From positions 11,093,812 to 11,157,811 of the forward strand of contig NC_092675.1 in NCBI RefSeq assembly GCF_964355755.1: a stretch of DNA of 64,000 bases, read 5' to 3'. Below are positions 14,994-28,000 of the stretch, piece after piece. The stretch's first letter is position 1; each line of letters begins with the position of its first letter. The translations under genes were made by a program, and so were the position numbers. The notes under the pieces were generated by a model. It ran no database searches and had not been told where the DNA came from. It was given only the letters and a program-made list of their open reading frames with translations. The DNA is from Antedon mediterranea (lineage: Eukaryota > Animalia > Echinodermata).

Positions 14994-17900
14994 ATGGGTT
15001 AGTTTTTAGTTGTTTTGTGTAATATATAATACCATTAGTATGATAATAGCCTAGCACTAGGCCTAGATTAAATCCCGTCTAAAATAGAGACTAGGAAGAA
15101 GCAAGGCTAGAAAATGGAAATCCGCTAGATTTAGAAAGAAGTAGGCTAGCCTAGCTAGGAGGCCTAGGCCTAGTAGGCCCTACTACTAGCAAGCAAGGAT
15201 GCTAGTCAAGTCGCCCCATCGCAAAGTCGCCCCATACAAAGTCGCCCCATACACAGTCGCCCCATCGCAAAGTCGCCCCAAAACAAAGTCGCCCTGACAC
15301 AGTCGCCCCATTGCAAAGTCGCCCCATCGCAAAGTCGCCCCAACGCAAAGTCGCCCCATCGCAAAGTCGCCCCAACACAAAGTCGCCCCATCGCAAAGTC
15401 GCCCCAAAACGTTAAAAAATAGTTTAAAAGTGCGTAAAATGTCGCAATGATACACAAAATAACACGGAACGTGTAGGCATAAAAGGGGAAGCCCCGCCAT
15501 GTAGTCTCAGGTCACACGATCGGCACGCTCCCCAATCATCAGAGAGGAAGCCTCCAACTAATCACTCCGCGGTCGCACTAACGTGCTAGCTCTCACCAGA
15601 GGGAAACCCCCCGTAATTACTCCGCCGTTGTCGCACTACAACGCACCATCTGAAGATGGGGAAACCCCGTCGGAGTTTTACGATGATATCAGTCGCGTTC
15701 GAAATCGGTGGCGTTTAATTTTGGTGCGATAAAATGATGTTATACGATCTAGATTATTTTTACTTTGGTCGATGAATATTTATTATTATTAGGCCTATAT
15801 TAATAATTGATTTTTGTTTTTATTTTACACTGAGGTCTATGATGAGAGAAAGATGTGTGCCTTAAAAATGACAATTTGTAAACATAGTTTAAGATTATAG
15901 TAAGCCTATTATTCAGCATAATGTCATTTAACAGTACATAAATTTAAATGTGAAATATTTTATAGGGAACGTAGGCTACGTCTGTGTCTTTTATTTTTAT
16001 ATGCAACAAATTAGGTAAAACAATTTATTTATAAACATTCAGTTTACTATTATATACATAGTATTACAATGAACATTGATTATAAGCCTGGAAATGCAAT
16101 CCCATCATTATATCCATTATAAAATTGCATCATATCGCCACGATATGTCGTAAATGATGACGTGCATGTGTGTATTCGTCGTACGTCCGTGTACGTAATT
16201 CCGTGCCTCTTCACTGTCTTGTTTATTAAAATTAAATAAACACCCGATATGAGGATATTTATTAGGCATGATAATTAGAATGTTCTATAACCAAAAGGGT
16301 TGAAAAGAATTTCTTCAGTAAAATGATCATTCTGCTGTTGAATAAAAAGCGACTCGCAATCTGAAACATTCTCTGAAACCAATCGGAGCTGCTCCTTCTC
16401 GTATCTGTTTCCTTCTCACAGCTGCTACGTCTTTCTGCTGCCCGTCGGGGATTCCCCTTTTAAAAAAAACACGCACACGATAATCATACTGTACGATGGT
16501 TTTTCCATGGTCAAAATGTAGCGTTTTAATTTTACTAAAATACCTGCATGTGTAAAACGATCATATCGGCAAAGAAATCCCCTTTTTTTTATTTCTTCAA
16601 GTCATAATTAAAATTAAATAACTATAGACACATAACTTGTCAATAAATGCAAAATGATCAATAAGTAGCCTATATATAACATTTATTGTCTTACAACGCT
16701 GTTATTGTTTTAACTACTGTAAATATACGAAGGCCTACTATTTATACACTTAATATATTATCCTAAAAAATGAGCTGGTATCCACGCGTAGGTTGAAGAA
16801 AGATTCGTAATTGTGGCTCTGGTAACTAATTTTAAAATCATATTAAATTATTTTTGAAACTATAAATCAGGGATAATCTTTTCGAAATCTTTTTAGAACT
16901 TTCAAACAAGGGACTATTTTTTAATGATTTTTAAAAAGCACATCACTCCATTAAAACCTGTAAAATAAAAATTAAAACACAAATTATGTATATATTAATA
17001 GGATAAACATTATAATGTATACGACCTTTAGCGCGACCAAAGTAACAACGCAATCGATATCAAACGCAACCGCTATATGATTAAAACAGCGTACTACTAC
17101 TAGCGGCAGCACTTCCGAAATAAAACCGTGGGCGACTTTGCGATGGGGCGACTTTGCGATGGGGCGACTTTGCGTTGGGGCGACTTTGCGTTGGGGCGAC
17201 TTTGCGATGGGGCGACTTTGCGATGGGGCGACTTTGTAATGGGGCGACTGTGCCGGGGCGACTTTGTTTTGGGGCGACTTTGCGATGGGGCGACTTTGTA
17301 TTGGGCGACTTTGTATGGGGCGACTTTGCGATGGGGCGACTTGACTGGATCCCGCAAGCAAGGCCTGGTGGTGTAGGCCCTAGTGTGTGTACTCATAGGC
17401 ATAGTATGCCGACTGTCTGTAACGGCTGTTGACTGTCTGTAATGGCTAACACCAAATTATGTAATGTTTATTAATGATGATGATATATTATAACGCCAAA
17501 TGCTAACTTTCGCCGGTGCTCGTTTCTATTTAATAGAAGTTCTATTTTTATTTAATATTAGGGATAACGATGTATATTCAAAAGTTTATATATCACGGTT
17601 TTTTGTATATATTATTAAATATTACAATTAAAGAAATAATTATAAAAATCTGACTTATGAACTAGGCCTAGGCCTACTCCATTTTTAGGTAAAATAATTA
17701 AATAAAATCACCGTTTTTTTAGTAAAATATTTTCTGTATTAACATTGTAAAATTCAATAAAATATGATATTAAAAGATAGTAAATAAAAAATAACTAGAT
17801 TTGAACTCGTCACTTTGACGAGTTCGGGTTATCCGCGCAACCACAACATGCACATACTTTAAACTATATGAACCTCAACAATTATTATGCCATCCTATGA

Positions 17901-20900
17901 CACGAATTAAATATGTTTACAGTGCTGAATTGTACCTCTTTTGTAGCATACAACATATTACAGTATTTACAGAATACACTGTATGTTATATACAGTGTAG
18001 CATAGACGAAATTACGAGACCCATCTTTTAAATCCAATTATTAACACGATGACGTCATCAAATTGACATATAAAGATAACAATTTTAGAAGATAATTATC
18101 TAAATAATTATATTAATACTGTACAAATTTGAAGAATTTTGGGTGCGTAAAAGTGTGATGCGCTCTCGTTTAAACGCAATGAACTTTTACGCAAGAGATG
18201 AAAATATGACTTTTTGAATTCAACTGGCCATATGATGACGTCACAACATCTGATTGGCAAAATGTTTACATGAATTCGTATCTACAATCCAATAGCTTCC
18301 TGAAAACGTTTTAATCATTATTATCACTTTTTATTCTGACGAGCTTGACAGATTGAAATTTACTGTAAAGATGAAAATAGGTGACCCACGTTATTTACAT
18401 TTTTAGACATGAAGATGACGTCACAAAAATTAAAATATTTTTAACTCATCTGAAAGATAGTTGATTGACCTAGACAGTATTAAAATATCGGGGGAAATGG
18501 AATAAGCGAGATGCGCTCTATTCAATGTGATGAGCAATAACGAAAGAGTAAAAAATCCTATATTTTACATTCGTGTGGCCATACGATGACGTCATAACAT
18601 CCGAGGGGTAAAAATTCTGCATGAATTCATATCTACAACATATCTGCTTACATATTAAACTAGAAAATCACTCAGAGAGTGCATACCTCCGCCTACTGTA
18701 AAATTCTCCTACATAAGATTTCTCCGGTAAAAAAATATATATATATTTGTGTGTGTCTTAATGCTGTTTGTGATTGAGGCTAATTTCACTACAACTTAAG
18801 CATGTGTAATGGTTATGTAACAAGCCTTTCAATTAACAATAGCTTTAATTGACTAACAATAGAACAGCAACACGAAAATCAAACAGGTGAATTTGAAAAG
18901 AAATAGGTTTTTTAAACTACTCGCATCAAAAAACGTGCACATTAAATCAAATTATGTTTTAAAGTAACCCTTATTCTAAGGTGTGATATTCATGTAAGCT
19001 ACTTAACAGTGTGCGAAACAGAACTAGTGCCCTCTAGCCTAGGTAGGCCTACATTTTATATGATATAATCAATGAATAAATTAAATTTTATTTCTTACCT
19101 GTAGGAACAAACAAATATTTGTAAAATTAAAATGATTGAGTGAGATATGAAAAATATTGAGGTTTTATATGTAGGTGTGTGGCCAAGACTTGACGTGTAT
19201 AACTAAATTTGCTTATTTGTAAATTATATTAATATAAAATGTTAAATAATGATTTCTTTTTAATTTCAAATTCAGCTGTATCATCTGGTCCATCTGCTGT
19301 GATTTCATCTCTATTGATGATGCTTTTGTTTGCTGGTATGCAAATGTTCAAAGTACAACTTGCTTCATCTGAGCTTATGACGATTCTTGGAGGTTTTCTG
19401 GGATCTCTGCTTTTTATTCTCAGCCTAACAGCTATGAACAATTTAGAAAATGCACTTTTTAGTAAAGGCTTTCAAGCAAAAATATTTCCAGAAGGTAGGC
19501 TGCTATTTTATAATTCCATATTTTTATTGTAAAAAATTAATTTTGTTAATTAGAAGTTTAATCATTGATAGAATACTGTGTGTGATGTGATGGACACGGT
19601 AATTTCATATCACTACCATATTTGGGCACATCACACTTTTTTGTCAAACTAGTTTGATAGTGTACAGGTAGAAAGAGCTTAAATTAGTCTATTCTGAGAG
19701 AAGCTTTTTCTTACCTTTTTAAAAATTGTTGATTTTCTTTGTAATTTTACAACCATACAGGTATGTTTACTATAGGAAGTTGGAAACTTCTGAAACATTA
19801 ATTAATTGGTTTGAAATTTGTTTTACAGTTGTCATGTGTCTTGTAGGATCATGTTTAGCTTCTGGCCTTATTCATAGAGTCTGCATAACAACATGGTACA
19901 GTAGCATTTTCTGTTATCATCTCTTATCGTCTTATATAAATTATGAGTCAAAATTAATATTCTTACAATAAAACATTTATGTCATGATAAAGCCTCAACA
20001 TTATTAATGGTTACATTTGATCAATGTAACCAGTCTTTTTTAATACAGTCGACTCCGCCTAAGTCGAATCTAATGGGACTGGTATAAAAATTTGAGTTAT
20101 GCAAACTTCGACTTACAGATTTGTAAAATAAATGCTACAGTAGGTTTAATTCACTGGCTAGATAGACCTACTTCGCGAATACGTATCGCGCGCTACCCAC
20201 ACAATGAGCCTTCTTGAATTGAGTTTAGCTTGCTAGACCTAATAAATGCTAAGCCGTAACAATAATAAGAAAATGTATAAGAAATACATTTCGGTTCTTA
20301 TTCGAAATCGGCATCCATTGTTTATTGTTATCTGTCAAAATGGGTACCCACAAATGCTAAAACAACTATACAATACTAACGCGAGTTATAGGACCAACCG
20401 ATATGGTCTCACATTATCACTCTGTCGTTTGTTTATCGAATTATGTATGTTCTGTCGGCTTTTTAGCGTGTGTTGCCGCATGATTTGTGACTTTGACTTA
20501 TATGATATAAACCACTAAAGAATGTGTGTATTCGGACTGTAAAAATAACATCTGCCTAGTACTAGGGGTGCATCCATCCATTTAGGCAGAAGACATCCAT
20601 CTCTGGCAAGCAAACAAAATACACCCCTTTTCTATTTTCAACGTTGGAATAAACCTGTACAGCATATGAATTCTTCCCCTACACTGTAGCGTAAAAACTT
20701 TATTGTGATATATTCAGTTTCCGTAAGATGTGCACTTGGCTTGTCTACTGTATTTTATCGAGTTCCTCTAAGATGTGCATTTGGCCACACCTAAACCAGT
20801 CATGCCCTTGCCTACTGTTTTTTATATTGAGTTCCTAGATGTGCATTTTAGCCCAGATGCCCAAATAATCCTATGCCCTAGCTTTCTGTATTTTATATTG

Positions 20901-21118
20901 TGTTTCTCTAAGACCACACATCTCAACCAGCATGCCCTTGCCTACTATATTCTATTGTATTTATATCTGCATGAATTTTTTACATTCAAATATTTAGCTT
21001 CATTTTCTTTTTCAGTTTCATATTTTCATTAGTGGAGTTGTATTACATTAACAAGGTTTCTGCTACAAAGTACACTGCTTCAGTTACTGCACAGACAACT
21101 GGCAAGAAGAGACGGTAA
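14994..21118 (+). CDS. KRTCAP2: Keratinocyte-associated protein 2 (oligosaccharyltransferase complex subunit KCP2), 130 aa
   Basis: Exons 14994-14997 (ATGG|gttagt; inferred), 19276-19494, 19829-19895 and 21016-21118 join in frame: [60 protein letters not shown]...[13 protein letters not shown]...[15 protein letters not shown]...YYINKVS...GKKRR, ending in a KKxx ER-retrieval motif. Confidence 0.93.
15197..17353. mobile_element. Non-autonomous foldback-type DNA transposon (2157 bp) with inverted arrays of ~17-bp repeats and an 8-bp TSD, in KRTCAP2 intron 1
   Basis: AAGTCGCCCCATCGCA-type array at 15208-15407 and its reverse complement at 17128-17345. Termini are GG...CC. GCAAGCAA is duplicated at 15189-15196 and 17354-17361. 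Confidence 0.9.
17795..18850 (-). mobile_element. Truncated Helentron/DINE-like elements (two adjoined 3' ends)
   Basis: 17795-18658 is homologous to 41980-42850 (CTAG end plus ACTCGTCACTTTGACGAGT hairpin). From 18660 the sequence is homologous to 44390-44510 (CACTCNGAGAGTG hairpin, ACCTCCGCC). Confidence 0.65.
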
Positions 21119-21979
21119 CTTCTACTGCAGGTCAAAGTGTATATTCAAGACATAAGAGCAGAAGTATCATTTTCACACTGTATACCAAGCTGGTTACTGA
21201 CATGCACTTCCTTTTATTAAACAATAATTATTTGCATTATATAAATGAAGTTCAGGTATTACATTCTGAACATTTTTTTGTTATTTCATACTTTTTACAA
21301 AATCAAATAACAGACAAAGGATAATAAAATTAACAAACTGGACATTTATATAAATAAGGTCAGAATTCCAATAATTAAAGAGTTTTGTTTTGTTTTTCGT
21401 TTTATTTAGAACCATGTATTATTTATTATAAGGGGAACATTTTAAAACATTAATTATCTTGATTATTCAAAATCAAACTTTTAATAGGCCATTGAACAAG
21501 AATAGTGGTCTTGCTTGAAAAAAACCATTGACAATGGATAGAACAATGCCCTTCTGGTTGATTTTTTGTTTAAACTGTAGCGCCTAAATATTTTTTTTTC
21601 TGATCCCAACTTCACATCGACTGACACATCAACTGGCAAATTTGAGCACTTGTCCAGTGGCATTTTGGTATTCACTCTCCAACATGAGTACTAGTGGACG
21701 TATGACATCTAAACACTGCAACCGTTTGCCAAAATTATGGACTTCAATCAAATCTAAAAGTTCCTTTTAAAACAAGAAATGTTATTTACTGATTGGTCAC
21801 AAGTAATGTAAATCAAAAATTCATTATTAAATTTTGACAATAAAATATCTGCTTACTGTACTGATTTATTTCACATTTGTCAAAATGTCCCTCTCGCAGC
21901 TTGTCATGGATGAAACTATAAGCCAGGACTGTTTAAAGCACCTTGAGTGGTCCTATCATTGATCAATAGCTTCTCTCGT

Positions 21980-23150
21980 ATCAGCGCAACTGCAGTTATA
22001 GTATAGCGGTAGTGCTGCTGTGCGCCATTTCAAATGAAACGAGCGGTAAGTATAAAACTGTATTCTTGCTCATGTTTCTCGCGGCTCCCAAGATAAGATA
22101 AGATTGAGCACTTTTTAACCATTTTTCCAAACACTAAATGCAGTGATAACACTAGGCAAGGTTATGTTTCTTACTCATTAATATTCCAAAGCATGTAGGC
22201 AATAGTTAATTGAATGCGGGATGATTCAGCCCAGGTGTGACGGGACGATTCGGCCCACTTTCAGGCCGATATGTCTAAGAGAGGCTTTCATTAAATTACA
22301 TTATGCTAACATTATGTTTTGCATTACTTTTTAATTGTAATTTATTTTCAAGGGGTGTATTTACTTCTTTCTAATTAGGCCTACACCACCAGAAAACATA
22401 CATTGTTGTTCTTAAAGATTCTTACCACCACAAATCAAGACATTCAACTGAACAACAGGATACTACAAGAATATTCAACCAGATTCAACTAAGTCACTGT
22501 TCTCCAGTCGGAAATAATATTAACTGACATAATATTAATTAATAAAATACTAAACGTCTATTATTTTAATATATTTACACAAACAAAACAAGAACAAAGA
22601 TACAGATATATATTACAAATTATCTTGTTAACGAGATTCTTGTTTTTTTTTTATGGCTGCATGTTATTCAAATGATGATCTGTACATTTGTAATCAAAAC
22701 AAAATAGACAATTTATCTTTATCTTCCTTCTAATATAAATGCAATGTACCGCTTGGCACTATACATCCATTTATAGATTTGTGTATACTTACTTGCTTCA
22801 AAAACTGAAAAGAATTAACTCTCAATTAATTGATGATGCTTCCACTGATCATGATCAAGCCATTTTATGTGAACCTAAAACTATCAAATAACATGATCAG
22901 CTTAATCACCCTAATTTAATCTAGGCTACTGTATGTGTGTGGATACGCACATGATTTTGGTGTCATAATTTTTGGTGGTTTGTCTTTAAGACAAACAATG
23001 TATGTTTTCTGGTGGTGTAGGCCTAATTAGAAAGAATTAAATATGATTGCAACTTCATACTCCTTGTTTGTACCTCCTTGTACTTGTAGGCCAGCGTTGT
23101 ACTTACCGCCCGTTTCATTTGAAATGGCGCACGGCAGCTGCGCTGATCAC
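21980..23150. mobile_element. Palindromic/MITE-like element with two pairs of inverted repeats
   Basis: GCTGTGCGCCATTTCAAATGAAACGAGCGGTAAGTA (about 22017-22052) pairs with TACTTACCGCCCGTTTCATTTGAAATGGCGCACGGC (about 23100-23135). TTCTTTCTAATTAGGCCTACACCACCAGAAAACATACATTG (about 22365-22405) pairs with its reverse complement at about 22995-23036. Confidence 0.6.
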
Positions 23151-23461
23151 ATGTGCTGCTGTCTCGTCTCGATATTGCTTATTACCTGAGTGACCTAATT
23201 GTGACGTAGGAAAATGGCCGAGAATTACCAAACTCAGGTTTCGGCAGTTGCAAAGAGATTGGTCTAAAAAACACATTTTTTGTACAAATTTGCAATTCTA
23301 ATATAGACTAATGAAGAAATTAATGGGGAATTAAACAGCGCTAGTATTGGACTTGTATTGGAGGAGATAGAGGAACTAAGCTATAACAATTATTATACAG
23401 CGATACAGTGATATTCTCAGATGTATTTTATTCACAAATCATATTTGATGATTATAATTAC

Positions 23462-23851
23462 TATTACATAAAATTTCTTTCTGAACAACCAAAAATAGTA
23501 TAAGCGAACTTACAGTACGTTTCGAAACCTATCAGGTTTCATTCTCAACTGGCGTTTCATCGTCTAGCGTTGTTAATCCCATGACGACGATGAGTTGGTA
23601 TAGCGCCACCAATAGGTCCAAAAGGACGTGCCCCCTTCTCCAATAGTTGATCATAAATGTGTGACAATTCGTGGGCTCCTTCATCTCTGTTCATGATTTT
23701 TCCATGTTTTCTGATGTTGATCGACTCTTTTATTTGAGAATGAAACCTGATAGGTTTCGAAACGTACCGTAAGTTCGCTTATACTATTTTTGGTTGTTCA
23801 GAAAGAAATTTTATGTAATACCTATTCCACAACCAGATGAAATTCTTCCAA
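23462..23851 (-). mobile_element. Penelope-like element fragment: GIY-YIG endonuclease C-terminus, inverted pseudo-LTR arms, 12-bp TSD
   Basis: Minus-strand peptide IKESINIRKHGKIMNRDEGAHELSHIYDQLL (about 23640-23732). Inverted arms of 87 bp at 23462-23548 and 23734-23820 with one mismatch. GATTATAATTAC flanks both sides (23450-23461 and 23852-23863). Confidence 0.85.
23514..23551 (-). ncRNA. Minimal (variant-core) hammerhead ribozyme motif in the Penelope pseudo-LTR
   Basis: Minus strand reads CAG-UUGAGAAU-GAAACC(UGAUA)GGUUUC-GAAA-CG-UA-CUG: stem I CAG/CUG, a variant of the CUGANGA box, stem II, GAAA, a tiny palindromic stem III and a GUA cleavage triplet. Confidence 0.5.
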
Positions 23852-23952
23852 GATTATAATTACATTATAAAATATCTTATCATATATTATCATTTAAATC
23901 ATATTCATAATTAATAACCGAATGACACGTCCATGAATATTAATAAACTTAA

Positions 23953-25014
23953 AGACCCATTCCCTAAAATTTTTGACGTTTTGTAAAAATAATGCATATA
24001 TATTGCTTTAAAAACATTAAACCAGGTCATTCCTTGTCTTATATATTATCATAAAACGTACATCTAATAATAAGAGAGAAACAATGCACTACCTAGTAGC
24101 TCACGGTGGATGTTCTATTGTGGCAAACAACAGTAACCTACGAACATTGTACGCTAGCTATAGGCCTAGTCTGACGTCTAGTTGCTGCATTAAATAGAGA
24201 GGTTTCACAATCTTACGAATACGATAACGGATACGTCACGCACACGTATTCGTTTTCGTAAGCCATAAAAAAATCTGTTTCGCATGGCAACGAAATATCG
24301 AGGCGCGTCTAAAATATGACTGCGGTAAATTTGAGCGAAGCGCAAGTACGTGTTGCTTGGTGCTTGGCCAGCTGCCTAGGCCTAGCGTAACATCAAAGCG
24401 AGTGAGGACTTTAAAAACTGCTATTTATCTAAATTGACCTGGCATTTTAGTAAATTACTTTAGTAAATTATTTTCAATAAATCTATAATTATATTATAAT
24501 CATAAATCATTCCTAATTCAAATGCAAAATGTGCAAAACAGATCAAAAACTATACTCGTTTTGTAGTTACGAATATGACTGGTGATATTCGTCAACACGA
24601 ATACGCCTTACAAATATGAAATGGGGATCAGCTCAAAAGTTTCACAAATGTGTGAATGTATCCGTTTTCGTTATCGTATTCGTATGGTTGCGAAACCTCC
24701 CTATTGTCTTTCTGTTTTTGCCAGAATCCGTAATACAGATTGGGGGAAACCCGGTATTTTCGCTGAAAGGTTACGATTCTTTCATTTATTTGGCCTTCAC
24801 AATCGATCGAAAGTAGGTGAATCATAGAAGAATAACTAAAATATCAATCCGCGCGCAAAGCATGTTGGGATTTATAGCGGGCCGCTAAAATGAGTAGAAT
24901 TGACTTTCACATTCATACTTTTAACCGTTCAAAGACGAAAATGTAGTATTTATTTTTACATTAAATGTAGTTTGTTACCTTAAATTAAATTTAAAAAACA
25001 TAGGGAATGGGACT
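23953..25014. mobile_element. Non-autonomous Kolobok-type DNA transposon (TTAA TSD) with a nested MITE at 24196-24702
   Basis: TTAA|AGACCCATTCCCTA ... TAGGGAATGGGACT|TTAA. The inner element has TIRs AGAGAGGTTTCACAATCTTACGAATACGATAACG and CGTTATCGTATTCGTATGGTTGCGAAACCTCCCT, flanked by AT. Confidence 0.8.
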
Positions 25015-25069
25015 TTAAGATTAATATAAGTTTATATTAGAATATTCCATCATTTCGTTTTTGTGTTCT

Positions 25070-28000
25070 TCATAGTTTTGCATACTGTTCAAAAAGTTTG
25101 CCAGCCTTCTGGAGCAACATAATATTTCCTTTTACCTTCAACTTCCCAGCCATAAATGCCTGAAAAAAATGTAAACAAAGTCACAACAGTAAGCAATGCA
25201 AGATATTGAATCAAAAAACCTTTGTCCCAATGGTTGGCCAAAGCTGAAGCATTTTGGGAATAAGGTACTTTTTGGAAATTGCACTGTTATTTTAAAAATG
25301 CCTAGGAGGCGCCCGAGTCTGGGATGACCCAGAAAAAACTGGTGCTAGCCAGGACTTAAACTAGAACTATAAAAATAAACTGGCTAGCGAAGAGGGCGTA
25401 TCTCCATACTTCGGTTTGGGTTTAGCTTTTTAGCAATTTTATGTTCAAAATGTCTTTATCAATGTAAAACTATAAAATGTTATCAAAGTATTTAAACAAA
25501 GCACAATCTTATAATGCAATATACCATTTTATCATTGTTTATACCGAATCTCAATTTTTAATACTGAATATCAATCTTTATATCGTTTTAGCTCTGTAAT
25601 ATAAATTTTCTCTGTATACATATTTGTTTTATCAAGATTTCAACACAATATCAAAATATTTTATATAATCTTTTAACTTCAGTCTGTGTAATATCACTTA
25701 AATATTCATTGATAGATAGATAGACATAACCTTTATCATATCATATCATAAGAGAAAAAAAAGTTATTTTAAAAATGTTACTGGTCCTATATTTTTATTC
25801 AGTTTTGGTCCACTAGCCAATAAGTGTTATCCCTTCATGCCTAGCAATCAGCGAATAACCATCCCACTAAGCACGGTTTACCCTCCACTAAGCAGTTTTA
25901 TGGTAGTGAAATGTTCATTTTTGTAAACACAACATAGACACACTATCTTTACTTGTTTGCACAAATATATCAAGTACTGATGGTATCTTCCGACCTTGTT
26001 GTTTATTCTGTATAGAAAGTAATTATTATATTTTTGTAAGATCTTAATTCTCAATTGTGTCCAGCAATCCAGTTGAGCTCTTGCTGGTAAACAAAATCTA
26101 CAAGTGGTTGTGTGGTTACTTGGACAAATAGCCACTTACCTGTTGCGGGTTAAGTGATCCAGTCACAAGTTGAAAAAAGTCTTCATCTGCCATGGTTACT
26201 GTACAGTCAGCTTTACCAGATTTTGGTTCACCTTTGTATACCTGTCCAGATGGTGCTTTAGCAACCACAGCTAAAGAGTAAACATCTTTTTTATAGTTTT
26301 ATACAAATTATAATGTATATTATTACATTTTGTACAATAATTGAAAGTACATAAAGCAAAAAAGTTCTCGTCACTGACTGCATTTTTTCCCTCAACTTAC
26401 TATGTATGCAATGTCACCTTGACGTGATTTGTTTTTCTCTTTTTTTTGTAATTATGATTGTTTAAATGCTTTTGAGGTTTTGGTTTATTTTATTATTTAA
26501 TTCCATCAGAACTAGTTTTTATTTCAATTACATAAATACCCTCATATGTACTTGTGGGCTGAGGTCTTGGAAACATTTTCGCACAAAGAAAAATGTAAAA
26601 ATATGGATAGCTAGGTTCCTGGAAATTGCAATTACAGCTTAAATGTAGTAGTTTATATTGGGGACATATTTTCCATGATCAATCTCTTTCTGAAATCATA
26701 TGTACAGTGACAAATTGTGACACGAAAATGGTTAATTAAATGCTGTAAGCTGAAGGTAAATACTCAGGTTCTCATAAAGATGTTTCTAAAATAATATTGA
26801 CATTTCTTTATTATTAAAGGTTGGGCAGAACAGCGAGACACAACATCAAAATGCAGGACAATCCCACCGAAATCAGGACAGTTGGAATTTGTGCAGACAT
26901 AATCTGGTCTTTCTATGTTTTGGGATTACTAGACCTACAGACTGACTATTATCATTAGTTTACTGTGTTGTTTGCATGAAAATATTTGTGCGTTTTAATG
27001 ATAATAATAATGCTTACTCCATTGTCCAGCTACTTTATTTCCAGCTGTTATATTGTATAGGAAGACACCGTTGACCTTTCCAACAAGATCAGGTGACTGA
27101 GCCATTTGCTTACCCATTTCATTGAAGATCATTTCAGACTTTAAAATATAACTCTCAGACTAAAAAAAAAAGTATGTATTCATCATTGATGAAGCTAGGT
27201 TAAAATGAGTTTGTATGTGTGCATGGTGGCCACAATGACAATGTATCATATCCAGTCTACTGTTTATACCTAGAATAAAGGTCCTGTTTAATAAGCTAAT
27301 TTCATATTATTTAAATTATAATTACCTATCTTTATTGTAATTCATTGTCTATGAATACTTATTCTATGAACCAAACAATCCAAAATGGCAAAATTCTAAT
27401 TAATGGCAGAAATATTTCATGCAAATTATACTGGAGCTTGTGGGTATCAAAATGACAACATTTGTACTGGGAAGGTTTTAAAATAATGTAATTACTTCCA
27501 GGCAGGTTTTCAGGGTTCAGGAGTATCAAAATGACTGGAATTGTACTGTTTTAAACAACAGTACAGCTTAAAATTAGCCAGGCAGGCCTACTCGGGAGTA
27601 ACTGTAGGGGTATAATTCATCCATTCAAGGTGGGTTATTATTTTAGCTTTTGATAGCTGGTAACAATAGTGTATATTTAACACCTTTCAATCAGAGGCAT
27701 AGCAAAACAAATTCTTTTGTAGTATCACAAACCAAAAACAATACCTTCTTGTGGGAGCGCATGGGATTGCGATAATAAACAATACCTTTTGTGGGAGCGC
27801 GTGGGATCGAAATTAAAAGATAATAATTCGTGGGTTTGCGATTATAAAACAATGCCCCATGCTTAGGCTTACAGTAAGGATTACGCATTGGATTGAACCA
27901 GTAAGACCGACCCTAAACTGACGAAAATGAAGGTCTGCTATTTTTTTTGCCAAACGGCAATTGTAAAACCAAATGGTGAAAAAATATTGTCTTATTCGCC

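Noticed and set aside
15500-15545. CTGATGA on the minus strand (15536-15542) as a hammerhead core
   Set aside because: No stem II followed by GAAA downstream. CTGAAGA at about 15650 on + also lacks GAAA after its hairpin.
15186-17432. Several ORFs with [16 protein letters not shown] / SRPIAKSP repeats
   Set aside because: They are translations of the stop-free 17-bp TIR arrays in all frames, not genes.
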